Position numbers and translations under genes: made by a program | Shown here: positions 1-10,373 of the stretch, in pieces | Numbering within the stretch: position 1 is the stretch's first letter | Layout of the letters: each line of letters starts with the position of its first letter | Notes under the pieces: generated by a model | The model's input: only the letters and a program-made list of their open reading frames with translations | What the model was told of the DNA's origin: nothing | Databases searched by the model: none | NCBI RefSeq assembly: GCF_028368995.1 | Contig: NZ_JAQNDL010000003.1 | Location: forward strand, 2,464,001 to 2,528,000 | Direction: 5' to 3' | Length of the DNA: 64,000 bases | DNA from: Nannocystis bainbridge | GTDB lineage: Bacteria > Myxococcota_A > Polyangia > Nannocystales > Nannocystaceae

Positions 1-1291
1 ACACGGGGCTGCCGGCCCAGGCGTCGAGCTCGCGCAGGACCGCCGCCGCGGGCCACATCCGCGGCGTGCTCGCGCAGCAGCGCAGCAAGTGGCGCATCGC
101 CGCGTCGAGCGACCGCTCGCCGCCGCCGAGGCGGAGGCCGACGTCGGCCAGCAGGGCGAGCGCCGCGCCGGACCAATACACCCGCTGATAACTGTGCGTC
201 TCGTGCATCTCGCGGCTCGCCAGCGCCAGCGGCTGCCCCTCCCCGTCCTTGCGTCCGCGGTCGAATCCACGTGACAGCGCTTGCCAGCCCGCCGCCTCGC
301 TGCGGAAGCCGCGGCGGGTCGGCAGGACCTCCGTGTAGTACGTGACGAAGCCCTCCGACAGCCACGCGTCGGACTGCTGTACGAACGGCATCCCGTGGTG
401 GAGGAACTCGTGGATCGCCACCCACTCGCCCGGGAACGCGTGGTCGGCCGCCTCGCTCGAGACCAGCAGCTGCACCGAAGGACCGCCGCCGCGCAGCGCC
501 ATCCCGAAGTACACCGGCCCCCCGCCGCCCGGGAACGGCAGCACCACCACCTGCATGCGTTCGCTCGGGAACCGCCCGTACAGCGTCGCCACCGTCTCGG
601 CCGCCGTCGTGATCCAGCGATCGATCCCCGCCGTGCTCAGCTTGCGCGGCTCGTCGACGATCGCCACCGAGAACGTCGCCCCGGCCGCCTCCACCGTCTG
701 CGTCACCAGATCGCCGAACACCGCCTGCGACGCCCACATCAGCGCCGTCACCGGCAGGCGGAACCGCTGCTCGTCGGTCTGCGGCCACGGCACCGACGCC
801 TTCACCCCCGCCGCCAGCGCCAGCTCGATCGTCACCTCGGCCTCGAAGTAGAGCGTCGCCGGACGCCAAAGGATCAGCCGCGGATCGATCGAGACCACCT
901 CGCCGGTGCGCGCGCGCAGGCGCGAACCCGAGCCCTCGAGCAGCCCCTCGACCGCCACCGAGTAGCGCACGCACGCACCGGCGCGCAGCGGCCCGAGCTC
1001 GATCGTCGCGCTGTCCGCGTCGAGCCGCGCGGAGCCGCCGTCGGCCGTCACCTCCGACACCGCCGCCACCGCCGCCGCGTCGTCCTCGTCGATCTTCAGC
1101 CGCCGCGGCGCCCCGTCGGGGAAGCAGACCTCGACGCGCAGACGGTCGAGCTCCGCCGGCACCTCGACGCGGTAGCGCCAGCGCAGCGCTCCGTCCTGCC
1201 CGCGCGCGGACCCGTGAGCGCAGCCCCCCGCGAGCGCGAGCAGGCTCGCCAGCGCGGCCCGGGCCCGCGCACGCTGTCGGCGCTGGAACAC
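1..1291 (-). CDS. Lipoprotein zinc metallopeptidase (gluzincin/M61-like), 3' end runs off the window; absent from the ORF track
   Basis: Hand translation from GTG 1291: MFQRRQRARARAALASLLALAGGC (lipobox) ... WVAIHEFLHHGMPFVQQSDAWLSEGFVTYY (HEXXH plus downstream E) ... YQRVYWSGAALAL; both ends checked to be in the same frame. Confidence 0.75.
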   Translation of the reverse strand, partial: MFQRRQRARARAALASLLALAGGCAHGSARGQDGALRWRYRVEVPAELDRLRVEVCFPDGAPRRLKIDEDDAAAVAAVSEVTADGGSARLDADSATIELGPLRAGACVRYSVAVEGLLEGSGSRLRARTGEVVSIDPRLILWRPATLYFEAEVTIELALAAGVKASVPWPQTDEQRFRLPVTALMWASQAVFGDLVTQTVEAAGATFSVAIVDEPRKLSTAGIDRWITTAAETVATLYGRFPSERMQVVVLPFPGGGGPVYFGMALRGGGPSVQLLVSSEAADHAFPGEWVAIHEFLHHGMPFVQQSDAWLSEGFVTYYTEVLPTRRGFRSEAAGWQALSRGFDRGRKDGEGQPLALASREMHETHSYQRVYWSGAALALLADVGLRLGGGERSLDAAMRHLLRCCASTPRMWPAAAVLRELDAWAGSPV

Positions 1292-1315
1292 CGCCCCATG
1301 GTAGCCTGCGGGTCC

Positions 1316-1912
1316 ATGCGGGTCACATCCCCGGTCGCCCTCAAAGAGTGGGCCGTTTTATGCGCGCGGCTCGAAGCCGGCGAGCAGAGCGTGCTCGTGC
1401 GCAAGGGCGGGATCCGCGAGCCCCGCGCGCCCGGGCAGGCGCCCACCTTCAGCCCCGAGCACCGCGGCTTCTGGCTGCTGCCGACCTTCTTCCACGCCCG
1501 CGAGCCCGGGCGCGACGTCGACCTCGCCCCGGCCGCGCGCGCTCGCCTGCCGCAGGTCCTCGCCGACGCCCCGCCGCCCGGCGTGTTGCGGCTGCGGCTG
1601 TGGGCCGAGGTCGACCTCGCCCTCGAGGTCCACGACCTCGCCGCGCTCGATCGCCTCGGCGACCGCCACGGACTCGACGCCGGGTGCGTCGCCGACCGCT
1701 TCGCCTATCGCAAACCTGGCCTTTGGGTCCTGTTCCTGAGGACCTATCGCTCGGGACAGGTCAGCGAGATCGCCGACCGCGCCGAGTACGCCGGCTGTCA
1801 CTCCTGGGTCGACCTCGCCGAGGAGGTCACCGGCGACGTCGAGCCCGTGCTGTCCGACCGCGAGCACGCCGAACGCCGCGCCGACCTGCGGTCCGCGCTG
1901 GGGGACCGATGA
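1316..1912 (+). CDS. DUF1802 family protein
   Basis: ALKEWAVLCARLEAGEQSVLVRKGGIRE, FWLLPTFFH and YAGCHSWV motifs; start trimmed from ORF 281..1912. Confidence 0.85.
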   Translation: MRVTSPVALKEWAVLCARLEAGEQSVLVRKGGIREPRAPGQAPTFSPEHRGFWLLPTFFHAREPGRDVDLAPAARARLPQVLADAPPPGVLRLRLWAEVDLALEVHDLAALDRLGDRHGLDAGCVADRFAYRKPGLWVLFLRTYRSGQVSEIADRAEYAGCHSWVDLAEEVTGDVEPVLSDREHAERRADLRSALGDR

Positions 1913-3231
1913 GCGACCCGGCGAACACCTGGCGCAGCCGGGCGGGGGCGATCCTCATCGTCCTCACCGTCATCAACTTCCTCAACTACATCGACCAGAT
2001 GCTGCTCAGCTCCGTGCTCGAGCAGATCAAGCTCGAGTTCAGCCTGAGCGACACCGCGGGCGGCCTGCTCGGCAGCCTGTTCGTCATCACCTATACGATC
2101 GCCGCTCCCCTCGGGTACCTCGGCGATCGCTTCCCGCGCAAGAACATCATCGCCGGCGGCGTCGCCCTGTGGAGCCTCGCCACCCTCGCCGCCGCGTTCG
2201 CCCGCAGCTACGAGGAGCTGCTCGTCTGTCGCGCCCTGCTCGGCATCGGCGAGGCCGCCTACGCCACCACCGCGCCCTCGATCATCGCCGACCTCTACGG
2301 CCCCGACCAGCGCAGCCGCAAGCTCGCCCTGTTCTACCTCGCCACTCCGGTCGGTTCGGCGCTCGGCTTCATCCTCGGGGGCCTCATCGGCGAGCATTTC
2401 GGCTGGCGCGCCGTGTTCCTGGTCGGCGGCCTGCCGGGGTTCGTGTTCGCCGCCCTGGTCGCGCGGATCGTCGAGCCCGAGCGCGGCCGGCTCGACCCGG
2501 CGAGCGCGCGGACCGAGGGCAACTTCTTCACCGCGCTGCGGCGGATCTTCCGCACCCCGGCGTGGGGCATCAACACCGTCGGCCTGGCGATGATGACCTT
2601 CACCGTCGGCGGCCTCTCGCTGTGGATGCCGACCTACCTCGAGCGCGTGCACGGCATGAGCACCGCCAGCGCCGGCCCCGTGTTCGGCGCCGTCACCGTG
2701 ATGGCCGGCCTGTGCGGCACCCTCCTCGGCGGCAGCCTCGGCGACCGCATGCAGGCCCGCTCGCCCGGCGGTTATTTCCGCCTCAGCGGCATGGGGTTGG
2801 TCCTGAGCGCCCCGCTCATCGTCCTGCTCACCCGCATGGAAGACCTCGTCGCGCTATTCGTGGTCGCCTTCTTCGCCGAGCTGCTGCTGTTCCTCAACAC
2901 TGGCCCGCTGAACGCCGCGCTGGTCGGCTGCGTGCCGGCGTGGCTGCGGGGCACCGCGTTTGCCGTCAACATCTTCTGCATTCACGCCTTTGGCGACGCG
3001 CTGTCGCGCACCTTGATCGGCTACGTGAGCGACCGGGCCAAGACCGCCTACCTCGCCGGTCAGGTGCAGACCGAGTCCGCGGTGCGGGCGGCCGAGGCCG
3101 CGGGCCTCAACCTCGCGATCGCCACCACCGCGATCCCGGTGCTGCTCGGGGGAATCGTCCTCTTGTGGGGCGCGCGCCGGATCGCTCGCGCGCCCGACGG
3201 GCTCATGACTCACTCGGACCCGCGCCGTTGA
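1909..3231 (+). CDS. MFS transporter (spinster-like)
   Basis: INFLNYID, GYLGDRFPRK (motif A), RALLGIGEA; about 12 hydrophobic segments; ATGA overlap with the upstream gene. Confidence 0.9.
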   Translation: MSDPANTWRSRAGAILIVLTVINFLNYIDQMLLSSVLEQIKLEFSLSDTAGGLLGSLFVITYTIAAPLGYLGDRFPRKNIIAGGVALWSLATLAAAFARSYEELLVCRALLGIGEAAYATTAPSIIADLYGPDQRSRKLALFYLATPVGSALGFILGGLIGEHFGWRAVFLVGGLPGFVFAALVARIVEPERGRLDPASARTEGNFFTALRRIFRTPAWGINTVGLAMMTFTVGGLSLWMPTYLERVHGMSTASAGPVFGAVTVMAGLCGTLLGGSLGDRMQARSPGGYFRLSGMGLVLSAPLIVLLTRMEDLVALFVVAFFAELLLFLNTGPLNAALVGCVPAWLRGTAFAVNIFCIHAFGDALSRTLIGYVSDRAKTAYLAGQVQTESAVRAAEAAGLNLAIATTAIPVLLGGIVLLWGARRIARAPDGLMTHSDPRR

Positions 3232-3328
3232 GGACAGGCGTCCGAGTGGACGCGCCCCCGCCGGCTCCCGTATCGTGTCGACAATTCTGCGCGCCCATCG
3301 CGGGCGCATCGCTCAGGAGCGCCTCCCG

Positions 3329-5089
3329 ATGATCACCCGCAACGCCGCGGCCCTGCTGTTCTCCTGCATCGCCCTGGCCGGCTGCACCTTCGACGCCAGC
3401 GGCCTCGGCGAACAGCCCCCGACTACCAGCGGGGTGACCACCGAGACCACCGGCACGACGACGACCGACGTCACGAGCATGGACGTCACCACGCAGCCGA
3501 CCAGCACCACCGGCGGCGACCTGTGCGGCAATTATCAGACGGACGCCGGCGAGGCGTGCGACCAGGGCCCGAACGGCAACGGCGTGTGCACCCCTGCGTG
3601 CGCCTACAACGTCTGCGGCGACGACTACGTCGGCGCCGGCGAGGACTGTGACGGCCCGGACGACGGCTGCGTCAACTGCCAGCTGGCCTCGTGCGGCAAC
3701 GGCATGACCGACCCCGGCGAAGAGTGCGACGACGGCAACGCGGACGAGACCGACGCCTGCCTCAGCACCTGCAAGAACCCCGGCTGCGGCGACGGCTTCG
3801 TCCAGACCGGCGTCGAGCAGTGCGACGACGGCAACAACCTCGACACCGACGGCTGCGTCGCCGGCTGCAAGCTCGCCACCTGCGGCGACGGCCACGTGTG
3901 GGACGGCACCGAGCACTGCGACGACGGCAACCAGGTCGACGACGACGCCTGCCCCAACAGCTGCGGCCCGCCCGGCTGCGGCGACGGCATCGTCAACAAC
4001 GGCGAGCAGTGCGACGACGGCAACATGACCAACGATGACGCCTGCAGCAACAGCTGCAAGCTCCCCGTCTGCGGCGACGGCATCGTCAACAACGGTGAGG
4101 AGTGCGACAACGGCGAGACCCAGAACGCCGACGACGCCGCCTGCACCCTCGCCTGCGAGACCGCCGAGTGCGGCGACGGCAAGGTCCAGGCCGGCGTGGA
4201 GCCGTGCGACGACGGCAACCAGGTCAACGAAGACGCCTGCACCAACGCCTGCAAGCTCCCCGTCTGCGGCGACGGCTTCGTCAACGGCGACGACGAGTGC
4301 GACGACGGCAACATGTCGCAGACCGACGCCTGCCTCAACGACTGCAAGCTCGCCACCTGCGGCGACGGCCACGTCCGCATGGGCATGGAGCAGTGCGACG
4401 ACGGCAACACCGTCCAGACCGACGCCTGCCTCAACGACTGCGTGCCCGCGGATTGCGGCGACGGCTGGCTGCAGGCCAACTCCGACGAGGACTGCGACCA
4501 CGGCTCGCACAACAGCAACGACATCACCAAGGGCACTTGCAAGACCGACTGCACCCGCGCCGGCTTCCTCGTGTTCGTCAGCTCGAAGCAGTACATCCCC
4601 GGCGGCAACGACTTCAACTCGATCGCCGCCGCCGACGCCCGCTGCGCCGACCTCGCCGCCAGCGACATGGGCTCGCTCAAGATCAAGGGCGGCAAGTGGA
4701 AGGCCTGGCTCGGCGACGGCGCCGCTGGCCCCGGCAACAACTTCCACAAGAGCTCGATCCCTTACTTCACCCTGCGCAACACCACCACCGCCAAGATCGC
4801 CGACAGCTGGACCGACCTGACCGACGCGGACATCATCACCAGCATCGACATCACCGACACCATGCAGGAGCTGACCAGCGGCTCAGACTGCTCGGGCAAC
4901 AACGTCGTCTGGACCGGCATCCACGGCGACAACGGCTTCGGCGATCACTGCGTCAAGTGGACCAGCGGCAACATGGCGATGACCGGCCTCACCGGCAGCC
5001 TCAAGCGCGACGACGGCGGCTGGACCGACGGCTGCAACAACGTCGAGTGCAACCTGTCGGCCCGCATCTACTGCTTCGAGCAGCCCTGA
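3329..5089 (+). CDS. Lipoprotein with Myxococcales Cys-rich (DUF4215-type) repeats and a C-terminal DUF1554-like domain
   Basis: Lipobox LAGC; about 9 CGDGxxxxxEECDDGN repeats; C-terminus FVSS...AADARC...WKAWL...VWTG...IYCFEQ. Confidence 0.85.
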   Translation: MITRNAAALLFSCIALAGCTFDASGLGEQPPTTSGVTTETTGTTTTDVTSMDVTTQPTSTTGGDLCGNYQTDAGEACDQGPNGNGVCTPACAYNVCGDDYVGAGEDCDGPDDGCVNCQLASCGNGMTDPGEECDDGNADETDACLSTCKNPGCGDGFVQTGVEQCDDGNNLDTDGCVAGCKLATCGDGHVWDGTEHCDDGNQVDDDACPNSCGPPGCGDGIVNNGEQCDDGNMTNDDACSNSCKLPVCGDGIVNNGEECDNGETQNADDAACTLACETAECGDGKVQAGVEPCDDGNQVNEDACTNACKLPVCGDGFVNGDDECDDGNMSQTDACLNDCKLATCGDGHVRMGMEQCDDGNTVQTDACLNDCVPADCGDGWLQANSDEDCDHGSHNSNDITKGTCKTDCTRAGFLVFVSSKQYIPGGNDFNSIAAADARCADLAASDMGSLKIKGGKWKAWLGDGAAGPGNNFHKSSIPYFTLRNTTTAKIADSWTDLTDADIITSIDITDTMQELTSGSDCSGNNVVWTGIHGDNGFGDHCVKWTSGNMAMTGLTGSLKRDDGGWTDGCNNVECNLSARIYCFEQP

Positions 5090-5161
5090 CGCTGCCCCTT
5101 GAACATGTCTCAGGGGTCAGATGGCCGGTCCACCGGCGACCGGCGCCATGTCCCTCGGAAC

Positions 5162-6532
5162 ATGTCCCTGAAGCCAGCTCCGGTTCTGCTCGCCGCGCTG
5201 CTCGCCGCCGGCTGCTTCGCCGACCTCGGCCCTGGCGAGCCGCAGCAGCAGACCGCTGGCCCCGACACCTCGACCACCGGCCCCGTCGAAGCCACCACTG
5301 GCCCCGCGGCGGTGTGCGGCGACGGCCTCGTGCAGCCGGGCGAGCAGTGCGACGCCGGCCCGCTCAACGGCGACTGGGCCATCTGCAAGACCGACTGCAC
5401 CGTCGCCGCCTGCGGCGACGGCCTGCGCGGCCCGACCGAGGCCTGTGACGGCGGCGACGACTGCCTGGACGACTGCACCCTGGTGCGCTGCGGCGACGGC
5501 CTCGTCAACCAGGCCAGCGAGCAGTGCGACGACGGCAACCGCGACGACAGCGACGCCTGCGCCAGCACCTGCCTCCCGGTCGGCTGCGGTGACGGCCTGC
5601 TGCAGGACGGCGAGGTCTGCGACCACGGCCCGCACAACGCCGACACCGCCGCCTGCACTTCCACCTGCACCCTCGCCGCCTGCGGCGACGGCTTCGTCGG
5701 CCCCGGCGAGGCCTGCGAGCCGAGCGACGCCGACCCTGCCTGCGGCCTCACCTGCGCCCTCGTCAGCTGCCTCGCCAACGACGAACCCGAGCGCGGCGAG
5801 CAGTGCCAGGTCGCCGACGACGGCTGCACCGAGCGCTGCCTGTTCGACGTCTGCGGCGACAACTTCGACGTCCTCGCCGAGCAGTGCGACGACGGCAACC
5901 TCGTCGGCGGCGACGGCTGCACCTCCGACTGCCAGCTCGAACTCTGCGGCGACGGCGTCCTCGTCGCCGCCGAGGCCTGCGACGACGGCAACCTCGACGC
6001 GGGCGACGGCTGCTCTGCCACCTGCGAGCGCGACGCCTCCTTCGTGTTCGTCACCGAGGGCACCTTCTCCGGCGCCCTCGGCAACGCCGACGCCGCCGAC
6101 GCCGCCTGCCAGGCCGAGGCCGACGCCGCCGCCCTGCCCGGCACCTACCGCGCCTGGCTCACCTTCCCCGGCGACCCTCCGGCCGCCAGCTTCGAGCGCT
6201 ACCCCCTCCCCTACCTCCTGCCCGGCTCCCTCGCCCCCGTCGCCAGCAGCTGGCTCACCCTCGTCGACGGCGACCTCGATCACCCCATCGACCGCACCGC
6301 CGCCGGCCTCGAGCTCCCCGGCGACCTCGCGTGCAGCGACCCCGCCAACCTCGCCTGGACGCACACCCGCGCCACCGGCAGCCCCTTCCCCGGCAACCCC
6401 TGCAGCGGCTGGCTGCTCGACAACGGCACCGCCGTCGCCGGCCTCGTCCACGCCACGGGCCTCGGCTGGACCGAGGGCTGCCCCGACATCGCCTGCGCGC
6501 AGCAGCTCCACCTCTACTGCATCCAGCAGTAG
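5162..6532 (+). CDS. Second Cys-rich repeat / DUF1554-like lipoprotein (tandem paralog)
   Basis: Lipobox AAGC; CGDG...EQCDDGN repeats; FVT...ADAAC...YRAWL...AWT...LYCIQQ. Confidence 0.85.
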   Translation: MSLKPAPVLLAALLAAGCFADLGPGEPQQQTAGPDTSTTGPVEATTGPAAVCGDGLVQPGEQCDAGPLNGDWAICKTDCTVAACGDGLRGPTEACDGGDDCLDDCTLVRCGDGLVNQASEQCDDGNRDDSDACASTCLPVGCGDGLLQDGEVCDHGPHNADTAACTSTCTLAACGDGFVGPGEACEPSDADPACGLTCALVSCLANDEPERGEQCQVADDGCTERCLFDVCGDNFDVLAEQCDDGNLVGGDGCTSDCQLELCGDGVLVAAEACDDGNLDAGDGCSATCERDASFVFVTEGTFSGALGNADAADAACQAEADAAALPGTYRAWLTFPGDPPAASFERYPLPYLLPGSLAPVASSWLTLVDGDLDHPIDRTAAGLELPGDLACSDPANLAWTHTRATGSPFPGNPCSGWLLDNGTAVAGLVHATGLGWTEGCPDIACAQQLHLYCIQQ

Positions 6533-6556
6533 GATCCACCACCGCGCTCGCGGGCC

Positions 6557-8056
6557 TCAACGCGGCGGCGAATCACCCGCCGGCAGCAAGCGCTGCAGCT
6601 TGCGACGCGCCTCCGCGTCATCCGGCTCGAGCGCCAGGTACGCCCGATAGCTGGCGATCGCCCGCTGCGAATTACCCGACCGGCGGTACGCATCGGCGAG
6701 CCCCAGGTGCACGAAGCTCGCCTGCGGGAACGCGGCCGCGGCCAGCCGGCACGTCACGATCGCCGCCGCGACCTCGCCCTCGAACAGCAGCCGCACCACC
6801 GCCTGCTCGAACATCCCTTCGCGCAGCGTCACCTCCGCCGGCTTCTCGGCCATCACCGCTGCGCCTGCCGCATACCCGCGAGCCGCGCCTGCTTCGATCA
6901 CCCGGCTCGTGAACTCGAAGCTCGCGCGTTCGCTCGTCGGGCCGAGCAGCTCGCGCTTGATGAAGCTCTGCACGTCCCAGAAATTTTCCACGTCCCCGTT
7001 GGTCAAGATCACCACCGTGTAGCCGAGCTCGGGCAAGATCAGCAGCTCGTCGGCGATCCCGACATGTCCCCCGCCGTGGCCGACGATCCGCCGGCCGTTC
7101 GTGAACTCCTCGACGAAGCCATAGCCGTAATTGCGCTTGCCGTAGGCGACCTTGCCGGTCGTCAGCGTCGCCGTCGCCGCGGCCCCGAGCAGCCGGTGAT
7201 TCGTCAGCGCGGTCGCAAATCGCACAAGATCGTCGGCGCTCGCGTAGCTGCCGCCGGCCGGGCTCCCCTTCACGGTATTGACATAGTGATTGTTGAGCCA
7301 CTGGCCCGGTGCCTCGCTCGCTCGCGTGTAGCCGATCGCAAGGTTCGGGATCGCCTGGTCGAGCTCGTCGAACCCTGCCCCGCGCATCCCTGCCGGGGCG
7401 AACACCTGCTGCGTCACGTGGTCGAAGTAGCGCTGGCCCGTCACCGCCTCGATCACCAGCCCGAGCACCATGTAGCCCGAATTGCTGTAAGCGAAGCCTG
7501 TCCCGGGCGGGAACGCCAGCGGCGCGTCGACGAACAGCGGCAGATAGTCCGCCACCTCTTTGAACCGCTCCTTCGCCGCCTTGCCGTGCGCCTCCCAGAA
7601 GTTCCCGAGCCCGCTGGTGTGGGTGAGGAGCTGGTGAATCGTCACCTCCTCGCGCACCGCTCGATTCGGGTACGTCGGAAGGTGCTTTCCGACCCTATCG
7701 TCGAGCGCGATCTGGCCTGACTCGACCAGTCGCAAGATCGCCACCCCCGTGAACATCTTGCCCATCGACGCCAGGTTGAAGCGCGTGTCCACCCGATTCG
7801 GCACCTGGTTGGCCAGGTCGGCGAACCCGTAGGCGCCACTGAAGATCGGCGCGCCATCCTGCGCGATCACCACCACCCCGCTGAGCTGACGGTCGCGCGC
7901 GAGCCTCTCCAGGTGCTGCGCGACCGCCCGCACCAGCGCCGGCTCCTGGGGCGAGCCTGGCGCGTCCGTCGTGGCCTTCCGGGCCGCCGGCGACGCGCAG
8001 GAAGCCCCCACCACCAGGCTGCCGAGGACCAGGAACCTGCGCGCGCGCTTGCTCAT
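6557..8056 (-). CDS. Serine hydrolase (beta-lactamase-like family) lipoprotein with C-terminal TPR
   Basis: SMGK (SxxK), LLTHTSG, YSN, HGGG motifs; TPR-like tail. Confidence 0.9.
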   Translation of the reverse strand: MSKRARRFLVLGSLVVGASCASPAARKATTDAPGSPQEPALVRAVAQHLERLARDRQLSGVVVIAQDGAPIFSGAYGFADLANQVPNRVDTRFNLASMGKMFTGVAILRLVESGQIALDDRVGKHLPTYPNRAVREEVTIHQLLTHTSGLGNFWEAHGKAAKERFKEVADYLPLFVDAPLAFPPGTGFAYSNSGYMVLGLVIEAVTGQRYFDHVTQQVFAPAGMRGAGFDELDQAIPNLAIGYTRASEAPGQWLNNHYVNTVKGSPAGGSYASADDLVRFATALTNHRLLGAAATATLTTGKVAYGKRNYGYGFVEEFTNGRRIVGHGGGHVGIADELLILPELGYTVVILTNGDVENFWDVQSFIKRELLGPTSERASFEFTSRVIEAGAARGYAAGAAVMAEKPAEVTLREGMFEQAVVRLLFEGEVAAAIVTCRLAAAAFPQASFVHLGLADAYRRSGNSQRAIASYRAYLALEPDDAEARRKLQRLLPAGDSPPR

Positions 8057-8087
8057 GAGGCTTCATCCATCCGGGCCTCCGTGGTAT

Positions 8088-8107
8088 ATGCGTAGGCACC
8101 TACGCAT
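8088..8107. promoter_or_regulatory. Perfect inverted repeat, probable MarR operator
   Basis: ATGCGTAGG-CA-CCTACGCAT in the 49-bp divergent spacer, overlapping the MarR start codon. Confidence 0.75.
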
Positions 8108-8624
8108 GTCAACCACCCGCACCCCATCGGGCCCCCAGGACTTCACGCGCGAGGGCGGCAGCACCATGATCGGCGCCCGCCTGCGCCGCCTGTCCGAGCG
8201 CATCGACGGCGACGCCGGCCGGATCTACGCCGAGAGCGGCATCGCCTTCGAGCAGCGCTGGATGGCGCCGATGCGCCTGCTTTCGCTGCACGGCCCGCTG
8301 TCGGTCCGAGAGATCGCCGCGGCGCTCGGGATCAGCCACGCCTCGGTCAGCCAGGCCCGGCTGTCCCTGCACAAGGCGCGGCTGATCTCATGGACCACCG
8401 ATCCCACCGACGCGCGCAGCCGCAAGCTCCACCTCACCGCCAGCGGCCGGCGGATGGTCGAGCGGCTCGCCCCGATCTGGAGCGCCCTGATGGCCGCCGC
8501 GATCGAGCTCGACGCCGAGGCCGAGGGCACCGTCGCCGCGCTGGAGCGCCTCGATCGCGCCCTGCAGCGCAGCTCGCTCTACGACCGCGCCAGCGCCCAC
8601 CTGCGCCGTCAAACCCGGGCATGA
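8106..8624 (+). CDS. MarR family transcriptional regulator
   Basis: Winged HTH LSVREIAAALGISHASVSQ...DPTDARSRKLHLTASGR; divergent from the hydrolase. Confidence 0.9.
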   Translation: MSTTRTPSGPQDFTREGGSTMIGARLRRLSERIDGDAGRIYAESGIAFEQRWMAPMRLLSLHGPLSVREIAAALGISHASVSQARLSLHKARLISWTTDPTDARSRKLHLTASGRRMVERLAPIWSALMAAAIELDAEAEGTVAALERLDRALQRSSLYDRASAHLRRQTRA

Positions 8625-8946
8625 GCCCTCGCTCCGCCCGCGGTCGAATCCGCCGACCCCGCCCGCTTCCATCCCGCAAGCCTGCGCCGCCGTGCGTGAC
8701 GGCGCCTCCGCGCCCCGCCGCTTCTGCGGCCCAGCGTGACTGTCACCTCCCGCCCGCTGACCCTCGACATCTTCCTCCATACTCATGCGGATGAATCTCC
8801 CGGGGACGAGCATGCGGGCAAGCACCCCTCGCCTCCCAAGGGCACCACCCGCCGCTCTCCTCCTCCACGACCTCCGCATCACCTCGCTCGACGCTCCATC
8901 CCGCTCTTCCCGTGCATCCGCGGTGAGAACCGCTCGAGCGTCGCCC

Positions 8947-10221
8947 TCACGAAGGCGCGCCGAAGCGGATCACCAGGGAATTGGACGACCAATCCTCGAT
9001 GGGGACGATCTCGATCAGGTCTGGCAGCCCATCGCCGTTGAAGTCGCCCGACCCGCGAAGCTCGCCCGCGGGCACGGCAATCGCTGGGCCGAGGCCATCG
9101 GCCGTCCCCAGGTGCCAGCGGTCGTAGAGCATGACGTCGTCCAGGCCATCGCCATCGAGATCGTCAACCACCGGCGTTGCCTCGAATTCATAACCAAAAT
9201 GGAACGGCTGCGTGCCCTTGAAGCCGCCGCCGCCGTCTCCCAGATATACCGCGCCAGGGACGATGAGGTCGCGGTGGCCATCGCCGTCGAAGTCACCGTT
9301 CCCACTCAGGCTCCGATTGCTGAACCCATGCAGAATGTCATAGGCGCGAACCTCTCCGAAATATCCATCGCCTCCGCCGAACATGATTTGCCCGCCATAA
9401 CGCACTTCGCCAAGATCTTCCGCACGAAAACCCAGGTTGAGATCCGCAAGCCCGTCTTCGTCGAAGTCAAAAACCTCGAAGTACTTGATCAGGATGTCCT
9501 CTTCAAAATCCGCACTCTCGTAGGGCAACACCTGAAGCGACTGTGGCGGCCCGAGCATCCCTCCGCTCGAGCCGAAGTGGACGACGGCTCGTCGCGGGAA
9601 GCTCATCGCCGGGTAGACGAGATCCAACGCACCGTCGCCATCGACGTCACCCGTTCGTAGGGCAGTGACGCCCATGGCGAAGTCTACACGCTGACGGAAG
9701 TCCAGCCCGGAGTCCGTCCCGGCGAATACGACCAGAGAGCTCGGCTCACCGTGGAAGGCCCCGACCACATCGGCGCGGCCGTCTCTGTCAAGATCGACGA
9801 CGGTCGCCAGGAGAACCCCGTCATTCACGTCCACGTCGACATAATCGACGAGCGCGATCGTCGGCAGCGCACGCGGCGTGCCGCACTTGCTGCCGAGAAA
9901 TAGGTTGATCCGCGGCGGGGTATGATTGAAGGCCACGGCATCGCTCACACCATCCCCGTCGATGTCGCCGACCGCGAGCCAATTCACAGGATCGGCGATC
10001 TCGGCCTGCCAGGCGTCTCCATAACACAGCTCGATGTCCGGCCCCTCGGCGCACCAGGCGATCGCAATCTCCGACGCGCACTCGCCGACCGTCGTGGCCG
10101 AGCCCGCATCTCCGCTCGATCCGCTCGATCCAGCGGTGCCGTCCCCGGTCGAATCCGCCGGGCCTTCCGCGACGCAGGCCACGATGGCGAGGGGAGCGAA
10201 CAGGCCGGCGCGACGGAGCAC
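8947..10221 (-). CDS. FG-GAP/VCBS repeat lipoprotein
   Basis: IVAC lipobox; repeated GDxDGDGxxD motifs; more A/T-ending codons than neighbouring genes. Confidence 0.8.
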   Translation of the reverse strand: MLRRAGLFAPLAIVACVAEGPADSTGDGTAGSSGSSGDAGSATTVGECASEIAIAWCAEGPDIELCYGDAWQAEIADPVNWLAVGDIDGDGVSDAVAFNHTPPRINLFLGSKCGTPRALPTIALVDYVDVDVNDGVLLATVVDLDRDGRADVVGAFHGEPSSLVVFAGTDSGLDFRQRVDFAMGVTALRTGDVDGDGALDLVYPAMSFPRRAVVHFGSSGGMLGPPQSLQVLPYESADFEEDILIKYFEVFDFDEDGLADLNLGFRAEDLGEVRYGGQIMFGGGDGYFGEVRAYDILHGFSNRSLSGNGDFDGDGHRDLIVPGAVYLGDGGGGFKGTQPFHFGYEFEATPVVDDLDGDGLDDVMLYDRWHLGTADGLGPAIAVPAGELRGSGDFNGDGLPDLIEIVPIEDWSSNSLVIRFGAPS

Positions 10222-10373
10222 CGCATGAGTATACTGGACCAGGAAACCTCGTCAAAGGTGGTCGAGGATCGTGCTCAGGTCGGTCAAAATCTGGTGATTC
10301 TTGCTTCGGTCCCGGCTGAGTGCGCCCGCGAAGCAGATCCCGTCCGCTCGGAGTACCATGAACGGGCCGGCGG

